A stretch of 64,000 bases of DNA from Eledone cirrhosa (taxonomy: Eukaryota). A program made the translations under genes and the position numbers. A model generated the notes under the pieces. It saw nothing but the letters and a program-made list of their open reading frames with translations. It made no database searches and was not told where the DNA came from. Shown here piece by piece: positions 39,367 to 54,449 of the stretch (its first letter is position 1; each line of letters opens with the position of its first letter). The stretch lies in NCBI GenBank assembly GCA_964016885.1, contig OZ024742.1, positions 76,818,001 to 76,882,000 on the forward strand. The letters are read 5' to 3'.

Positions 39367-40217
39367 TGTATATGTATTAATCGCTCAAGACATATTTCAA
39401 TGTTTTTATATTATAATCTTTAACTAAATTCACATGCAATATTTCCGATGAAAAGTGGGTCAATACATAGTGATTTTCCGAATGTAATGTGGGATGAAAT
39501 GAAAGTTTTAACAATTTGAATTTGTCCTCGGAATATATGACAATATAACTAAATATCATAATCCAATTTGCAATCCGACGTTCCGGATGCTTGCAAAACC
39601 AACATAAACTCGCTTGAACGCTGATAAAGCGATTAACGACTGTTTTTCATTAAAGATAACAGCATTAAATTATGGTCTGAATATATTTTTGTGTTACGCC
39701 GTGCTATTATTACAAATACACATCAAATATTTGATCCTTATTGAGAATGAATGAAATACTCCAGAATATTTCTATTAATGGCAAATGAATAATTAAAACT
39801 CTTTAATCCAGGAAATGTTGTAACTTCAATCATAAACGATCGTCTCCTTGCATATTGTATAGTTAATGAAATATTTAATTTTCTAAATTTTAAAACACAC
39901 CATGACATTGTGAATTCATCAGATTATAAATATCTATATGTAAGTATTATTTAGACCAAAACGCACACACATAGACGGAACTAGACACATACTCACAAAT
40001 ACATAAAACAATATATAACAAATACAAATATACAAATTAACACTTACCAGCAAGAACACACTTTTTCAATAGCCTGTCTTCATACAGATCCTCCAGCAGA
40101 AAACGAGGGCAAAGCTAGCTTGGATTCGTCTCTCTCTGGATTTTACTTATATTTTCACCTTTTCTAAGGACGGCCTGCCAAGGAGAGCGTAATTTCTAGT
40201 ATGCTGATTATTAGTTG

Positions 40218-40530
40218 CTTCTTCTTCTTTTCGTATCTTCGAACCATGCGGTTATATGACAGTTTCCCATTTCTTTACACAGTCCTTTGCATTATTATTA
40301 AATTCTGCGAGATCTTTTAAGCTGCGCTGCTTGGGTAGTAGAGGGCAAGCAAAGCAGTACTGCATCGTATGGTCCTCCTCTCCGCATTCGTAGATGGTTG
40401 GGCCGGTCTTGTAGTCCCATCTGGTCATAGCAGCTTTTGATCACCCCGTTCCTGTTATCAGGCGGTTGAGTGCCTTCCACTGGACCCATGGTGCTTCTGA
40501 GCCAGGAGGGAGGGCTTCAGAAGGGGCGAT
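40218..40530 (-). mobile_element. RTEX-like LINE 3' end with (GAA)n tail
   Basis: Minus strand LPPGSEAPWVQWKALNRLITGTG..RWDY..ECGEEDHTMQYCFACPLLP..KDLAEFN. Confidence 0.7.
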
Positions 40531-40775
40531 TCCCATATATTAGTTGCTAATACTAGTAATTAGCAATCATAAGACGAGTGTGATACATTAATGTTCACGT
40601 GTTGAAACATACGTTTTTAAAGTTTTTTCTCTCTTAAATTGTTAAACATTTTCGATTCCGTTAATTCGTATCCACCTTAACATATTCAATTGGAGTATTG
40701 TTTCTCCGCCAACATTTAGCATTATATTGATGTAAATTCCTATAATCTCTCTCCATCTCTTTCTCTCTCACTCTC

Positions 40776-40897
<122 letters not shown>

Positions 40898-41362
40898 GAG
40901 AGAGTCATACATTGTTTGAGAAACAATATTTTGTACATATATAAAGCACATAGTTCTTAAGGAAAAATTCGTACATTAAGGTGGAAAAGCTTTTCTATTG
41001 AGACACATAAGCATCATATATATTATATGTTATGATATCTTAAATTAGTATGCGGATTTTGATCTTCGTAATTATTATTAATATGTATATGTATATATAT
41101 ATATATATATATAAGAAAGTAAGTTTTTTAAATGTCTGGGTAAATAACTTATGAGAATAATTACTAACTTTAGCGGCTTCACATATCTTAAACCATCTCA
41201 ATTTTACTTTTGATATTAATAAGAACTTTGAAAGCTTTAAATTAAAAATATATACTTAAAAGACTCCTGCTGCATTTTCAAATTCTTTTCCATTTATTTC
41301 TACCCGTGTAGGACGTGGGCCATTTAGAAAATAATTATTTCCTCATATCTATCTATCTAACT

Positions 41363-41466
<104 letters not shown>

Positions 41467-41658
41467 GAAGGAAATGTAACGTGAAGTTACTGTAAGTTCA
41501 CCCAAGTGAACACTCGATGTTTAGGTTCACGACAGTAGCGAGGTGTAGTACTACACAGAGTGTAATGTATTAATACAAGGATGATTTGTTATGCTCTCAC
41601 TACGTTTATTGATTGGTGACGAGCGTTCCGCTATTGATCAGCCCAAGGTTGGATCTGT

Positions 41659-41700
<42 letters not shown>

Positions 41701-41793
41701 CAAAGAGAGTTTGGTAAGGTACCAGGTGGACCATAACGCACCAGAGTACTCAATAGTTTGAAATGGCCGGAGCTCAGCCGCCCTGACTCTTTT

Positions 41794-41911
<118 letters not shown>

Positions 41912-42639
41912 TGTGTGTGAAACATAAGTTGAACACTCTATTGGATCATTTAAAAATGTTTATCTACAATAGTTTGTAACTTTACAGTTTTCAAAATTGT
42001 CATGATTGATTTTCAAATGTTAAGAGAGATGGAGAGATATATGGTTATGCCAACTTCCAATTCAAATCTAACAGATGTTGGGAGTTTCATTTAGTTTCAT
42101 ACAAAAGATGTGGCTCGATTGCTATATGTTTGAGGAAAGTCACGTAATAAAACAACGAAATATTTGGTAATTCCCGGAAAACATCGGGGGTTTTATGGTT
42201 CCTTCAGTTTTATGCAAAAACTTGGCTCAAGTTTAAATTATAGGTCGATAGACAGAGGATGGTCATATAATTAGGCACCGAATTTGGTGCTACATTTACG
42301 CCAAAAATCGGGAGTGTCCATTTTTAGTGAATATGGATAGTAGCAATTCATGCCTGTTTTTCGTTTGATCAATAGTCAAGGGAATCTATTGAAAATATTG
42401 TCTTTTTGGCAATCCTAAAAGCTCCGAAGTGTGTGTGTGTGTGTTTGTGTAGTTAGTTTATCTTTTGTTTCCCGCTACGTATGGAAAACAATAACAACAA
42501 CAAATATTAATAATAATACTAATAAATATTGTTATCAAGAACTACACTGTTATAATGATATATATGATATATATTATTAATGGTCCAATCAGCAAAATGA
42601 ACAAGAATTGTGTGACGATATATGTGTGTGTCTGTGCCT

Positions 42640-42724
<85 letters not shown>

Positions 42725-42879
42725 CGTGCATATGATTGCTGAGTTATTATATTTCAGTAAGTAACCGGGTGGATACACAAATATATTTCCTTTTATATGT
42801 GTAACAATAGCAATTTTATTCCCGTCTCTATTTGGTTACACAGGATTATGTGATAATGTAATAAGGCAACAACAATAGC

Positions 42880-43035
42880 AATAATAATTATTTCTACTTT
42901 TGGCACAAGGCCAGCAATTATCCCAGTGCATTACTGGTACTTTATTTCATCGACCCCGTAAGGATGAAAGGCAAAGTTAAACCGGCGGGATTTGAACTCA
43001 GACCATAATTGGCCGCAACTCTTTGCGTCAAATGA
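42880..43035 (-). mobile_element. SINE copy
   Basis: Matches 2225-2385. Confidence 0.85.
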
Positions 43036-43199
43036 TGTTAATTATTCCATTAACAATGTAACAAACGTTATGTGTGAGGGGAGGGCATCGTTACAGTCTA
43101 TTCAGGCGTGTTTTGTATTTTTGAATAAATATATTTTCGTTAACTGTTCGTTTTTGAGCCGTGACATTGTCAGAACAGAATAATGGGAAGGCCAGGAAT

Positions 43200-44365
43200 T
43201 TGATGGGCTTGTTCGTTGCACATACATAAAACATGTTCACTATGTGGTATCTAAGTTGTGGCGGGATCTCGTTATTGTTGGCGGTGAATTGTCATTCTGT
43301 TTTTGAGGGTGAGTTTGGTATTACCTATATAATCTTCATTACACGCTTTTCATTTAATGGTATATATTAATTGTTTGTTGAACATGTAAAATGAATATCT
43401 ACAAAATATATTTGTTCTGGTTTAAATGTATGCAGTTTATCTTCAATGAAGTTAATGCAAATGAGACAAATAGGTCCAGCACACTTTTTAACTGTTGGCG
43501 TTGCTTTTGTAGTGGGCAAGTTGGCGCTGGTGACTATTTTTTCAAAGCGATTTCATTTATCGTTTGATTTTGATTATTTTGTGTATTTCATGTGCCATTT
43601 TCCTTCTTGGGTCTTGTCTCAATAGAGGGATGTTCTTGTTGTTAATGTGGTATGCGTCTATGTTTCTTGGATTGCGTGTGGAGATACTGGACATACATCC
43701 AGTAATCTTACTCTATGTATGTGAAGTTGTTTTGTTTTTCCTAATTATTGAACGTCTGTTGTCTTAGCACCTTCTATTCCGTTCTCTATTCATAAAAATG
43801 GATGCTATTTTCGAGTAGAATTTCTTTTAGTTCTTAGAGTCTTTGATTCCGAATTTCATCATTTGAGACAAAAGTACAGATTCTTCTTGTTAGATTAAAT
43901 GAAATAGTTGTCTTCGTGTGTTTCTGCTGGCTTGAACTGAATAGTAAGTATTGTTTAGGATCTGTCGGTTTGTACTGAATGTCAGTTTCAATATTTATGT
44001 ATATTTTCTCATTCGAATGTATAAGAATGGAAGTTTGTTTTGACTATATTCCATTGTGAAATGCATGTTATTTATGCAGTTAATTAGGGTTTGCAATTCA
44101 TTTTGTTGATTAATTGTGTGCGTTCATAGAATAAGGCATTCATCCAAATAGCGTTCTCAATTTTCTAGCAAATATTTGTGAAAATTCAAGTCATATTTTG
44201 GCGTACGTCGGGACAACGTTTGTGTCCATTGCTATACACAATATTTGTTTGAATGTATTGCCAATGAAATCAAAACGACTTTTTTGTTGAATAGATATTA
44301 CTTCAACATTGATGTAGTCTTTTTTCTATTTTCTCCATGATCTCATTAGGGAATGGATTTAGTGT
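43200..44365 (-). mobile_element. Highly decayed PLE RT
   Basis: Minus-strand remnants FDFIGNTFKQILCIAMDTNVVPTYA, RYLDECLIL and ETDIQYKPTD. Confidence 0.7.
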
Positions 44366-44471
44366 CATATATATATATATATATATATATAATAGTAAAG
44401 GTATAGTATAATGAATAACAAATGACTAGTCAAGAATTAAATGTTAGAAGAGAATACAGTATTTACAGTTC

Positions 44472-44580
44472 GTTTGTTAACATATGTTTCTGTAGAATAT
44501 TAGTCTACGAGCGCTAACTGCATTGTCCTATGCTCAATTGCGAGTATTACTTTAAATATTGCACTTCATCAGAAAGAGTA
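44472..44580 (-). ncRNA. Degenerate hammerhead with about 75-nt stem II insert
   Basis: Minus strand CTGATGA-AGTGC AATATT...AATATT CTACA-GAAA-CATATG-TT, with palindromic ACATATGT. The triplet is GUU and stem I is poor. Confidence 0.5.
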
Positions 44581-45297
44581 TATGTTCATAGTTCAAGGTG
44601 TGGTCGCGGAATCTTACAATAAGAAATTGCTATCTATTCTGATGTATATATATAGTCTTCAGAAATAAAAGGACTGGCAACGAAAGAAAACAAGGCAAAA
44701 CGAAAAAGAATTGTCTCAGGGGAAACCTTTAGAATATTTTTTTAAATATACAAACGAAGTACAGATAAGTACAGGGTCATCTGCCGTAGTGATGGACTTT
44801 GGCAGTTTCGACCACTATGAACATTGCTGCTGGTCACCGCGTGGTCACAGCGCCTGAAACAAGCCAAACGCTGTTCATAGGAATAAGATACGATATATAT
44901 ATATATATATATAAATATACAAATAGAAGTTCAGTAAAATCGAAGTTTTGGCTGTGCAACAAAGCACTCGATAAAGTTGTGTCACTTTAGAGTAATAACA
45001 TACGTTAGAAAGCTTGACAAATTGAAGACTGCAGCTGGTGGCCCAGCCATATGAAATAAAGCAACGAGAAAACCAACTCGCGTAATTGACAGACCTGGAT
45101 CTTCTCATCGATATAATGCAATATCTCCCATAGGTTTCTATCAATTCGAAACCAACAATTCCACTTGCGAAGTATGCAAGGTTTTCGTTTCGGATGATCG
45201 AACAGTGGATTCACTTTATCAACAGGCTACCGTTATGTACCGCGAGCGGGTATGAATAATAGCAGTAAACTCCTGGCGGTTACAGAGTTATATATAT

Positions 45298-46205
45298 ACT
45301 AGCAGCAGTACCCAGCGTTTCCTGGGTAGGTAAAATCATATCTGCTTTGATGAAAAGGTGTTGATCTTAGCGACTGCGAGTTTCTTGAAAATCGGTCGTA
45401 GGGTGTAGCAAATGGCGAAATGTTGAGTGAAATCGTATGGAATATGTGGAAGGTGGAAAAAATCGTATTTTGAAGAGTTAAACGGCTGCTACGCCATCCA
45501 TCAATAAAAAATGCAAAGTTTAAAGCTACTATAAGATGTGCAATGATAGGTTTATTGTAGTATGAAAGTTGAACCAAATAAATTGATTTATGTGTGAGGT
45601 GGAGCCGAAGTTTCAAAAAAATGTGGGAGCTAGAGCCGAAAAGGCGGAAATTTGAGCGGAAGGTGGTATTTTCGAATATTTAAGCGGCTTCCATGCTGTT
45701 CCTGAACAAAATATCCAAATTGTAAAGCCACTTTAAGACGTGGAATAATCAGATCTAGCGTAGTGTAACATTTGAACAAAGTAGGTTGATTAATGTCGGA
45801 GCTAGAGCCGAAAAAGTGGAAATTTGAGTCTCAAAGTGGTATTTTTGTATATTTAAGCGGCTGCCACATCGTCCCTGAACAACAAATGCGAAATATAAAT
45901 CCATTGCAGAATGTGAAATGATAAATTCTATTTTGCTTTAAAGTTTGAACGAAATCGGTGGCAGAATTTGGGAGCTAGAACCAAAAATCTTATTTTTCGA
46001 CACCTAAAGAAGGTGACCCCCTGTCGATTTTTATCTGCAGAATAACCCCGGAATAAAAAAAACCATAGGCTGATAGATAGAAAACACTCCCCAAAGAGAA
46101 ATCTATGAGCCTGTAAAGTTTCACGAAAAGCGGTCGTAAGATGTAGGCCCCTATAGGTAATAAACAAACACAGACACAGACACACACATACTTAATTTTA
46201 TATAT
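45298..46205 (+). mobile_element. Non-autonomous Helitron/Helentron-like element with internal 172-bp tandem repeats
   Basis: Begins ACTAGC with the hairpin ACCCAG-CGTTTC-CTGGGT and ends in (CAGA/CA)n-CTTAATTTTATAT. GGAGCTAGA recurs at 45626, 45798 and 45971. Confidence 0.65.
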
Positions 46206-46439
46206 ATACATGTTTTATATATATAAATGTTTAACGGCTCGTAACTTTTGCTTATCACCGCTCTGCTTATCCTCGTACACTAAATATTAACTTTCTCTAA
46301 TATTTAACCGTGATAACAGAAGCATCGAGTACTTACACACCCGCTTTAGACAAATAATACTCTGTATCGCATCTCTCTATACCTCCTCTTTCTATCCTCA
46401 TTTACGATACTGTAACTTTATATTTAAACACACACATAC

Positions 46440-46487
<48 letters not shown>

Positions 46488-46491
<4 letters not shown>

Positions 46492-47592
46492 ATAGGGAGA
46501 AAAAAGCCGATTATTAGGAAGAAAAATATTTTTATTTCCTTTTATTTTTTTCTCTTTTTTCTGGGTTAGAAAATGTTTAAAACAAAATATTTTACTTTGT
46601 GTGAAGTGTTAAGGTATTAGGTAATTTATTTATTAATTAACAATGCATTTATTTATTTATTTATTTAATTATATATTTTATAATTGTCTATTACCGGTTT
46701 CAGCATTTTATGCATTATCAAAGGGGGGAATTGGTATTGTTATAAAATGTTGGAGAGAAAATAATGTGATTTTGAACATGTTAAGGAAATGGGAAAGAAA
46801 GAATAATATTATTTACAAACAATGTGTTTGAAGAAAAAAGGAAAAAAAGGGTGCGAAGTGGAACATGATAGGGTAATGGGAAAGAAAGAATAATAATATT
46901 GACGGGCATAGTTTTTGATGATAAGAAGTTCAAAATGTGTTATTATGGCAAGAGCGCTTAGTTGGTCCATAATGGAATTGAATTCTTTGCGAAATACTAC
47001 AGACACAAATCTGGGACTGCCATCGGCACGAAAGTAGCACCCTCATACGCCAACCTTGTCATGGGATATTTGGAAACCACTCTCTACCGCAAAGTTCTAG
47101 ACAAATACGGTAACCAATTCTACATACACATAGGAAAAAGATGGAAGAGATATGTGGACGACTGCTTCATCCTCTGTCATGAAAGTATAGAAAGACTGAT
47201 TGAGTTTAAAACATTTTAAATGGACTCAACACAACCATTCTAAATGGACTCAGTCTGCTGATATGCAAATCTGGCTGATCATTGGATCAGCTAATATGCA
47301 GTGCTGACTGATCAGCCAGTCTGCTCATATGCAAATCAGGCCGATCAGTAACTGTATATTTTAGAAATATATATTTTCACTAGCTCTGACAGTTAGCAGG
47401 TGAACAGTGAACTGTACTGATGAAGGATAATACCCAGAAACATTAGAGTTTCAGTTCTGATTACATGCCGACACTAAAGCAAGATTAGGGGGCTCATTCT
47501 ACAGACATGGATTTAAAAGTGAGGCTTCTTTGCATAATTGCAAACGAATCGAATATTATTATTAACATTCTAAAAACTCCGATTACATTTAT

Positions 47593-47685
<93 letters not shown>

Positions 47686-47910
47686 ACAGGGAGAAAGAGA
47701 CGATTATTAGGAAGAACATATATTTTTTAACTTTTTACTTTTTGTCTCTTTTTTCTGGGTTAGAAAATGATTAAAACGAAATGTTTTACTTTGTGTGAAG
47801 TGTTAAAGTATTAGTTAATTTTATTTATTTATTAACAATGGAATTTATTTATCTATTTATATATTTAATAATTGTCTATTACCGGTTTTAGCATGTTTAT
47901 GCATTATCAA
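46488..47910 (+). repeat. Two direct copies of a 230-bp repeat (46488-46720 and 47682-47910)
   Basis: GAAAA.AGGGAGAAA...CTGGGTTAGAAAATG...GCATTATCAAA occurs in both, each preceded by (TA)n. Confidence 0.85.
46960..47590 (+). mobile_element. PLE RT core fragment joined to a 3' region with a degenerate HHR (47409-47457)
   Basis: YYRHKSGTAIGTKVAPSYANLVMGYLE..WKRYVDDCF, then GAACTGTA-CTGATGA-AGG..CC CA-GAAA-C ATTAGA G-TT-TCAGTTC. Confidence 0.75.
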
Positions 47911-47919
47911 ATGATAGTG

Positions 47920-47987
<68 letters not shown>

Positions 47988-48020
47988 ATATAGATAGATA
48001 GATAGATATATATGTATATA

Positions 48021-48905
48021 CGAGGTGTGTCAGAAAAGTTCCAGGACTGATGTCACAAAAGATTTATTTCAAACCCAAACTTCCCACTAAGAGTTTTCTC
48101 CGTCAAAGTAATTCCCCTGGAGTATGTAACTGTAATCTTAGCTCTCTGTAGCGATCAACTTTTTTTCTCCATAATTTGATATATATGTCCTCTGTTTCAG
48201 GTCGTCAATGATCACAGGGCAACGAACAAACTTGACGTTTCTGGTACGATTGGGGAAAACTCCACCAGAAGCACTGGGATTACTGCAGCAAGTGTATGAA
48301 GATGAGACGCACACGTGTTTTTGAGTGAGGCAAGAGGTTTAAAGAAGGACGCAAGGATGTGGAAGATGACACCAGGAGCAGAAGGACCTCAACAACCAGG
48401 ACTGAGGCCAACGTTGAGCGCATCAGGCAGATGGTGCGTAGCGATCGTCGGCTGACTGTTCGACTGATGGCAAATGAGCTGGGCATGAATCGGGACAGCG
48501 TCTGGAAGATTCTCACTGAAGATTTGGACATGCGGAAAGTCTGCGCGAAGATGGTGCCAAAACTGATGAACGATGATTAGAAGAGACGGCGCATCAGGTG
48601 TACCAGGACATCCTCCAGCGTCTTGAAACCGAACCAGACTTGCTAGGGACAGTCATCACCGGTGATGAGTTATGGAACTTCGAGTACGACCCGGAGGGGA
48701 TCCGTTTTGAAGACGTGGACGACATCATAAAGGCCGTGACGACGAAGAATCCTTCCAAGAGTGCATACAAGCGTAGCAGAAAAGGATGGAAAAGTGCATT
48801 AGAATCCAGGCGTATAACATTGAAGGAGAAAACTCTTTGTGTGAAGTTTGGGTTTGAAATAAATCTTTTGTGACATCAGTCCTGGAACTTTTCTGACACA
48901 CCTCG
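48021..48905 (+). mobile_element. Internally deleted mariner (Tc1/mariner) transposon
   Basis: TIRs CGAGGTGTGTCAGAAAAGTTCCAGGACTG..., TA on both sides, and transposase remnants DRRLTVR, MRKVCAKMVPK and ITGDELWNFEYDPE fused directly to GIRFEDVDDI. Confidence 0.95.
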
Positions 48906-48909
48906 TATA

Positions 48910-50225
48910 TTATTTTTTGATATGAAATCGTGTAACTATCGACTACCCTCCCAAACACACTAACAGTAGACTAGCTGTATTAGATACGGAAGTCTGGATT
49001 AACACTATAGACGAGAGGGCCCATATTTACCACTCACACTACGCTAAACCCATGACCTCTAAATACCTGATACTCAAAACATCAGCAATATCCAGTAGTG
49101 CTAAGTTTAATATTCTGATCGCAGACTTAGTACGAGTGATGAAAAACGTGTCCTGCCTGTGCGACCGAACAGAAATGGAAAGACACATCCAGCACTTCAT
49201 CAACCGCATGCAGTTCTCTTGCTAAACCAAAGAGACACACTCAGAGTATACAAAGGAGCCACGGAGAAGTATAAGACCCTCATAGAATTGGACATGAAAG
49301 GAATTTGCCCATTATATAGGAGCAAATCATGGAATAGCTTAGAGAGGACTAGACATAAGATAGGCAAAGCCACCTCATGGTACGACAACTAGAGAAACCA
49401 GAGTGTCATGTTCATGGAGCTACTCCTGGAGGGAAATTAGCTAACCAGTGTAGAAAGGCCCTGAGAAAGACCCACTTAAAGATTAAAGTGGTAGAAAAGC
49501 CAGGAACTACCATGAAATCCCTGATCAGCAAAACATACCCTTTTAAGAAAACCCACTTTACTAATAGGAAATGTGTGATATGTAAAGTAAACACCTAGAT
49601 AAACTGTAAAACTAGAAACGTAGTCTATAGCATAATATGTACAGAGGGTACTTGCAGAAACATGACAACATACATAGGCGAGACAGCTGGTACCATAGGA
49701 GTAAGGATAGACCAATACTGGGGGGGGGGGATCTAAAAGAAACAAAAACGTTTCAGTACTATACGAACACGCCAGACAACAACATGATGGTAACATAGAC
49801 AACATAAAAATTAAAATAATATCTAAACATAGAAATGAACGAGCAAAATAGAGCTTAGAAGGCCAAAGCTAAACTGAAAATATGTATGGGATAACAACAA
49901 CACCCAAACAAACAATACTGACTTAAGAGAAATATAAATAAATAAATAAATAAATATATACACAAGTACAATAGCAAACACATATAAACACACACTAGTA
50001 AACTAAGATAGAATACAATAACCAAAACAGTCACCCAAAAGCGAACACACACCAAACAATATACACACACGCAAACGCATGAGTAGAGAAGAGACAAAAA
50101 TAAATAAATAAATAAATAAACAGATAAAATAAAAATGGCGTAGATATACAATACAACAGGAGGAACAGAATATGACCACTGATGATGTTCCAAATGTGCA
50201 ACGAAAGAACTTTGTTAGACTATAT
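48910..50225 (+). mobile_element. Decayed PLE: RT thumb, GIY-YIG and 3' UTR with an HHR-like motif at 50175-50215
   Basis: LAVLDTEVW, HYAKPMTSK, VVEKPGTTMKSLI, CKTRNVVYSIICT..TYIGETA, then CTGATGA-TGTT..AAC-GAAAG. Confidence 0.8.
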
Positions 50226-50526
50226 GTGTTTATATATATATTATATCTGTAGTTTTAACTGTTGGTCAGTCAATGGTAAACATTGAGACTGTGGAGATAT
50301 AAAAGATACAGAAGCGAAAACCAAATAAACAGTGAGTGTGTTCTGTTATTATTTCTGGCAATATTATTACAACAATATGATCCTCCCCAAGTATAACAAT
50401 ATAATATATGCATTAAAACATATTCATATTCCCATGTATCATTATAAATTATCACTTGGAGTTTGTGCAACAATATTAATAATACCAAGGAACTTATCTT
50501 TGTAGCCTCTACTGTGTAAGAATATA

Positions 50527-50754
50527 CAGTGGAAACTCGTTTCAAGAACTTTATTCCTTCCTGAACACGAATCGTCATCCGACGTATTCGTAAACCCAAA
50601 ATATTTTCCCTTACAGAATGATACTCCTAGCTTTCCAGCAAATGTTGTTGCCGACGTGCGTGTCCATTACTAGAGATACCTTTCGTGAACCGAGTCTTTT
50701 TATGTTCGGAAATATTGTTCGTGATGAAAAGCTGTCGTGAATCGAGGTTCCATG
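50527..50754. mobile_element. pogo/Tigger-like MITE
   Basis: TA-CAGTGGAAACTCGTTTCAAGAAC ... GTCGTGAATCGAGGTTCCATG-TA, forming imperfect TIRs. Confidence 0.7.
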
Positions 50755-51479
50755 TATATGGAATACACCGATTATTAGACCATTGTTGCTTGGAAACAAA
50801 TGAACGTTCGGTGGTAGTAAAATTAAACAGGAAATAATAAATTTAGATTGCATAACAATATTATGTTTTTTTTATTACTGTGCGCTGATTGCACGCTATG
50901 TGTCTACATGCGGTGTTCATGTATTACTGTTCAATGTTTCTTCATTATTTAGATTTAATAGTATTACTAACGATAACAGCTGCAAATTTGCAATCTCATT
51001 CACTGATTTCCATCTTTATTATCATCATTAAAGTCGGTTTGAATAATTCAAAATATCTTATGTAAACCGATAAGACTATCATATGCTTACCACATCCTTT
51101 AGGACATTAAAAACTATAACGTGATACTGTCACATATTTATAGAATATATATCTACGTTAAGGTTTCTGCTCGCGTAACAAGGTACATCGATTTAGATGA
51201 TATTTTCAACGTCATTTGGTCCATTATAATACATTTGTGATCTGTTCACATGAAGTTTCTGCCTTCCGTAATATACTTTCAGAATGTTTTCAATGATTTG
51301 AAGGAACTAGTGCTTCTACCATATGGGCTCAACTTCTCATACTAATACGGCGATTATATATTAGATTTCCATTTATCGCAAAGCTTACTTACATTCAAAG
51401 AGAAAGTTATGCATAGTGTTACGTCTACTAACATGTGTATACAAAGACCCACCAAGAGAGAAAGGCGAAAATGTGTTAA

Positions 51480-51697
51480 ACCCTGGAGAGGACCCAGATG
51501 ATAAAGGTAGTCAATACGTCAGTAGATTATAGGTATCTTTATTGTATGTAAAAGGGACGTCTAGAGACTAGAACGGTTTCATTCCTATGAAATCTTCCCG
51601 ATGATTTCATATATATATATATATATATCAAATCAACGGGAAGATTTCATAGGCATGAAAAATGAAAAGGGTCTAATCTCTAGGCGTCATTTCTACA
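51480..51697. mobile_element. Inverted pair of degenerate HHR elements related to 19464-19598
   Basis: Minus strand GGGAAGA-TTTC-ATAG-GAAT-GAAA-CCG-TTCTAGTC near 51560-51600, with an inverse copy at 51630-51690. Confidence 0.6.
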
Positions 51698-51706
51698 TTG
51701 TTTTGT

Positions 51707-53091
<1,385 letters not shown>

Positions 53092-53135
53092 CAATGTTAT
53101 TAAATAAATGGAAACTATATTTATAAAACCATATT

Positions 53136-53198
53136 TATTTTATTATATATATTCCAAGGGTACCAAGACACATTGGTACCCTTTCATCAGATAAAATA
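53136..53198 (-). ncRNA. Type I hammerhead ribozyme with A13>G core change
   Basis: Minus strand TATTTTAT-CTGATGA-AAGGGTACCAA-TGTGTC-TTGGTACCCTT-GGAA-TATATA-TA-ATAAAATA. Perfect 8-bp stem I and 11-bp stem II. Confidence 0.8.
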
Positions 53199-54449
53199 TA
53201 AAGTTTGAAAATCATACCTTATCGGTTGGAAATTCACTGGATAGTATTAATATCATTTAATATCATTGAATATTTACTCCAGTAACTGTTGAGTGCAATT
53301 ATAAACATTTAAACATTTATATTTGTCGGACTTCCAACAAATTATATACCCCTTCTACTTATATATATATATATATATACAACATGATTTGGTACACAAT
53401 TTCTCTATTAAATTCTATTTGTCAACTCGAAGATTCATGCCCGATATGCCATGTGTTTGGACGAACTGCATTTCGTATTTGCACAGAGAATATAATACCT
53501 CCGCATGTATACTTACATATATACTCATTCTTCACGAGAGTAAATCCATGCGACGATGAGATATGATTAAACTTTGTCAGAACTTAAGCTGTTACAAGGG
53601 TTTGAGGATTTCTTCGACACCCTCAACTACATCCTACTCATTATATATTCACAACTGTCTCTGGTGACACGACTTGAATTTATTTTGTAACTTGAAACCT
53701 TTGATTCTGCGACTAATGCTATATGAAGCACACGTACTACATCCTATATGCCTCCAGTTCAGTATATTAATTTAAGTACTCCCAATCGTCAGTGGTCAGC
53801 TGTTCTGCTTTCACAAGTACAGGGGGACTGAATTCAGGCTACTATGTCTCACCCTAGGATAATTCGTACATCAAATTCTGGATGTATCGTGCAATTTGCC
53901 ATTAACGGAGCTTTACAATATAATTCATGCCAAGCAAAATGTTGAAACTATTGTCGATATGTTTATTTAATGTGTATTGCCGATATGTGTATTCCTTGGA
54001 TCAAAACTTCTTCACAGACAGTTGAATTGCCCCGTGTTCCGATTGTGACAACTACCAAAACACGGCATCAATTCTTAAGTACTTAAATATAACATAGTTC
54101 ACTCTTCACACCTTATTCATTACTTTTGTCATTTGCAACAAACCATATAGCAATACAAATAAAAATGCCATCACTGGCACACAAACGCCATCACGTGAAC
54201 TTCTTATCAGACTTGCAATTATTCCTCTTGCAAAAGCATTCGGAAACACGTGCCAATCGTTATATATCAAATTAGATAATTAGGTCGACTCAAACCAAAA
54301 ACTGCCAGTTTCTCAAGCAGTTCGTGTTGGTATATTGCCTTAGCCTACCACATGAAATCGATTTAAGTCACCAGTAAAGCTAGACCAGATATTCGATGAC
54401 GACCTCTAATCAAATTCCGTAAGCTGCATTGTAAAAGCCAAACTTCTCA

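Noticed and set aside
40048-40174. Minus-strand exon-like segment with faint KH-domain resemblance (GENISKIQRET)
   Set aside because: Stops occur in all frames and the resemblance is short.
53330-54440. Possible ancient PLE RT remnants (also near 23000-23450, 35100-35400 and 50950-51400)
   Set aside because: Motifs are too eroded to call by eye.
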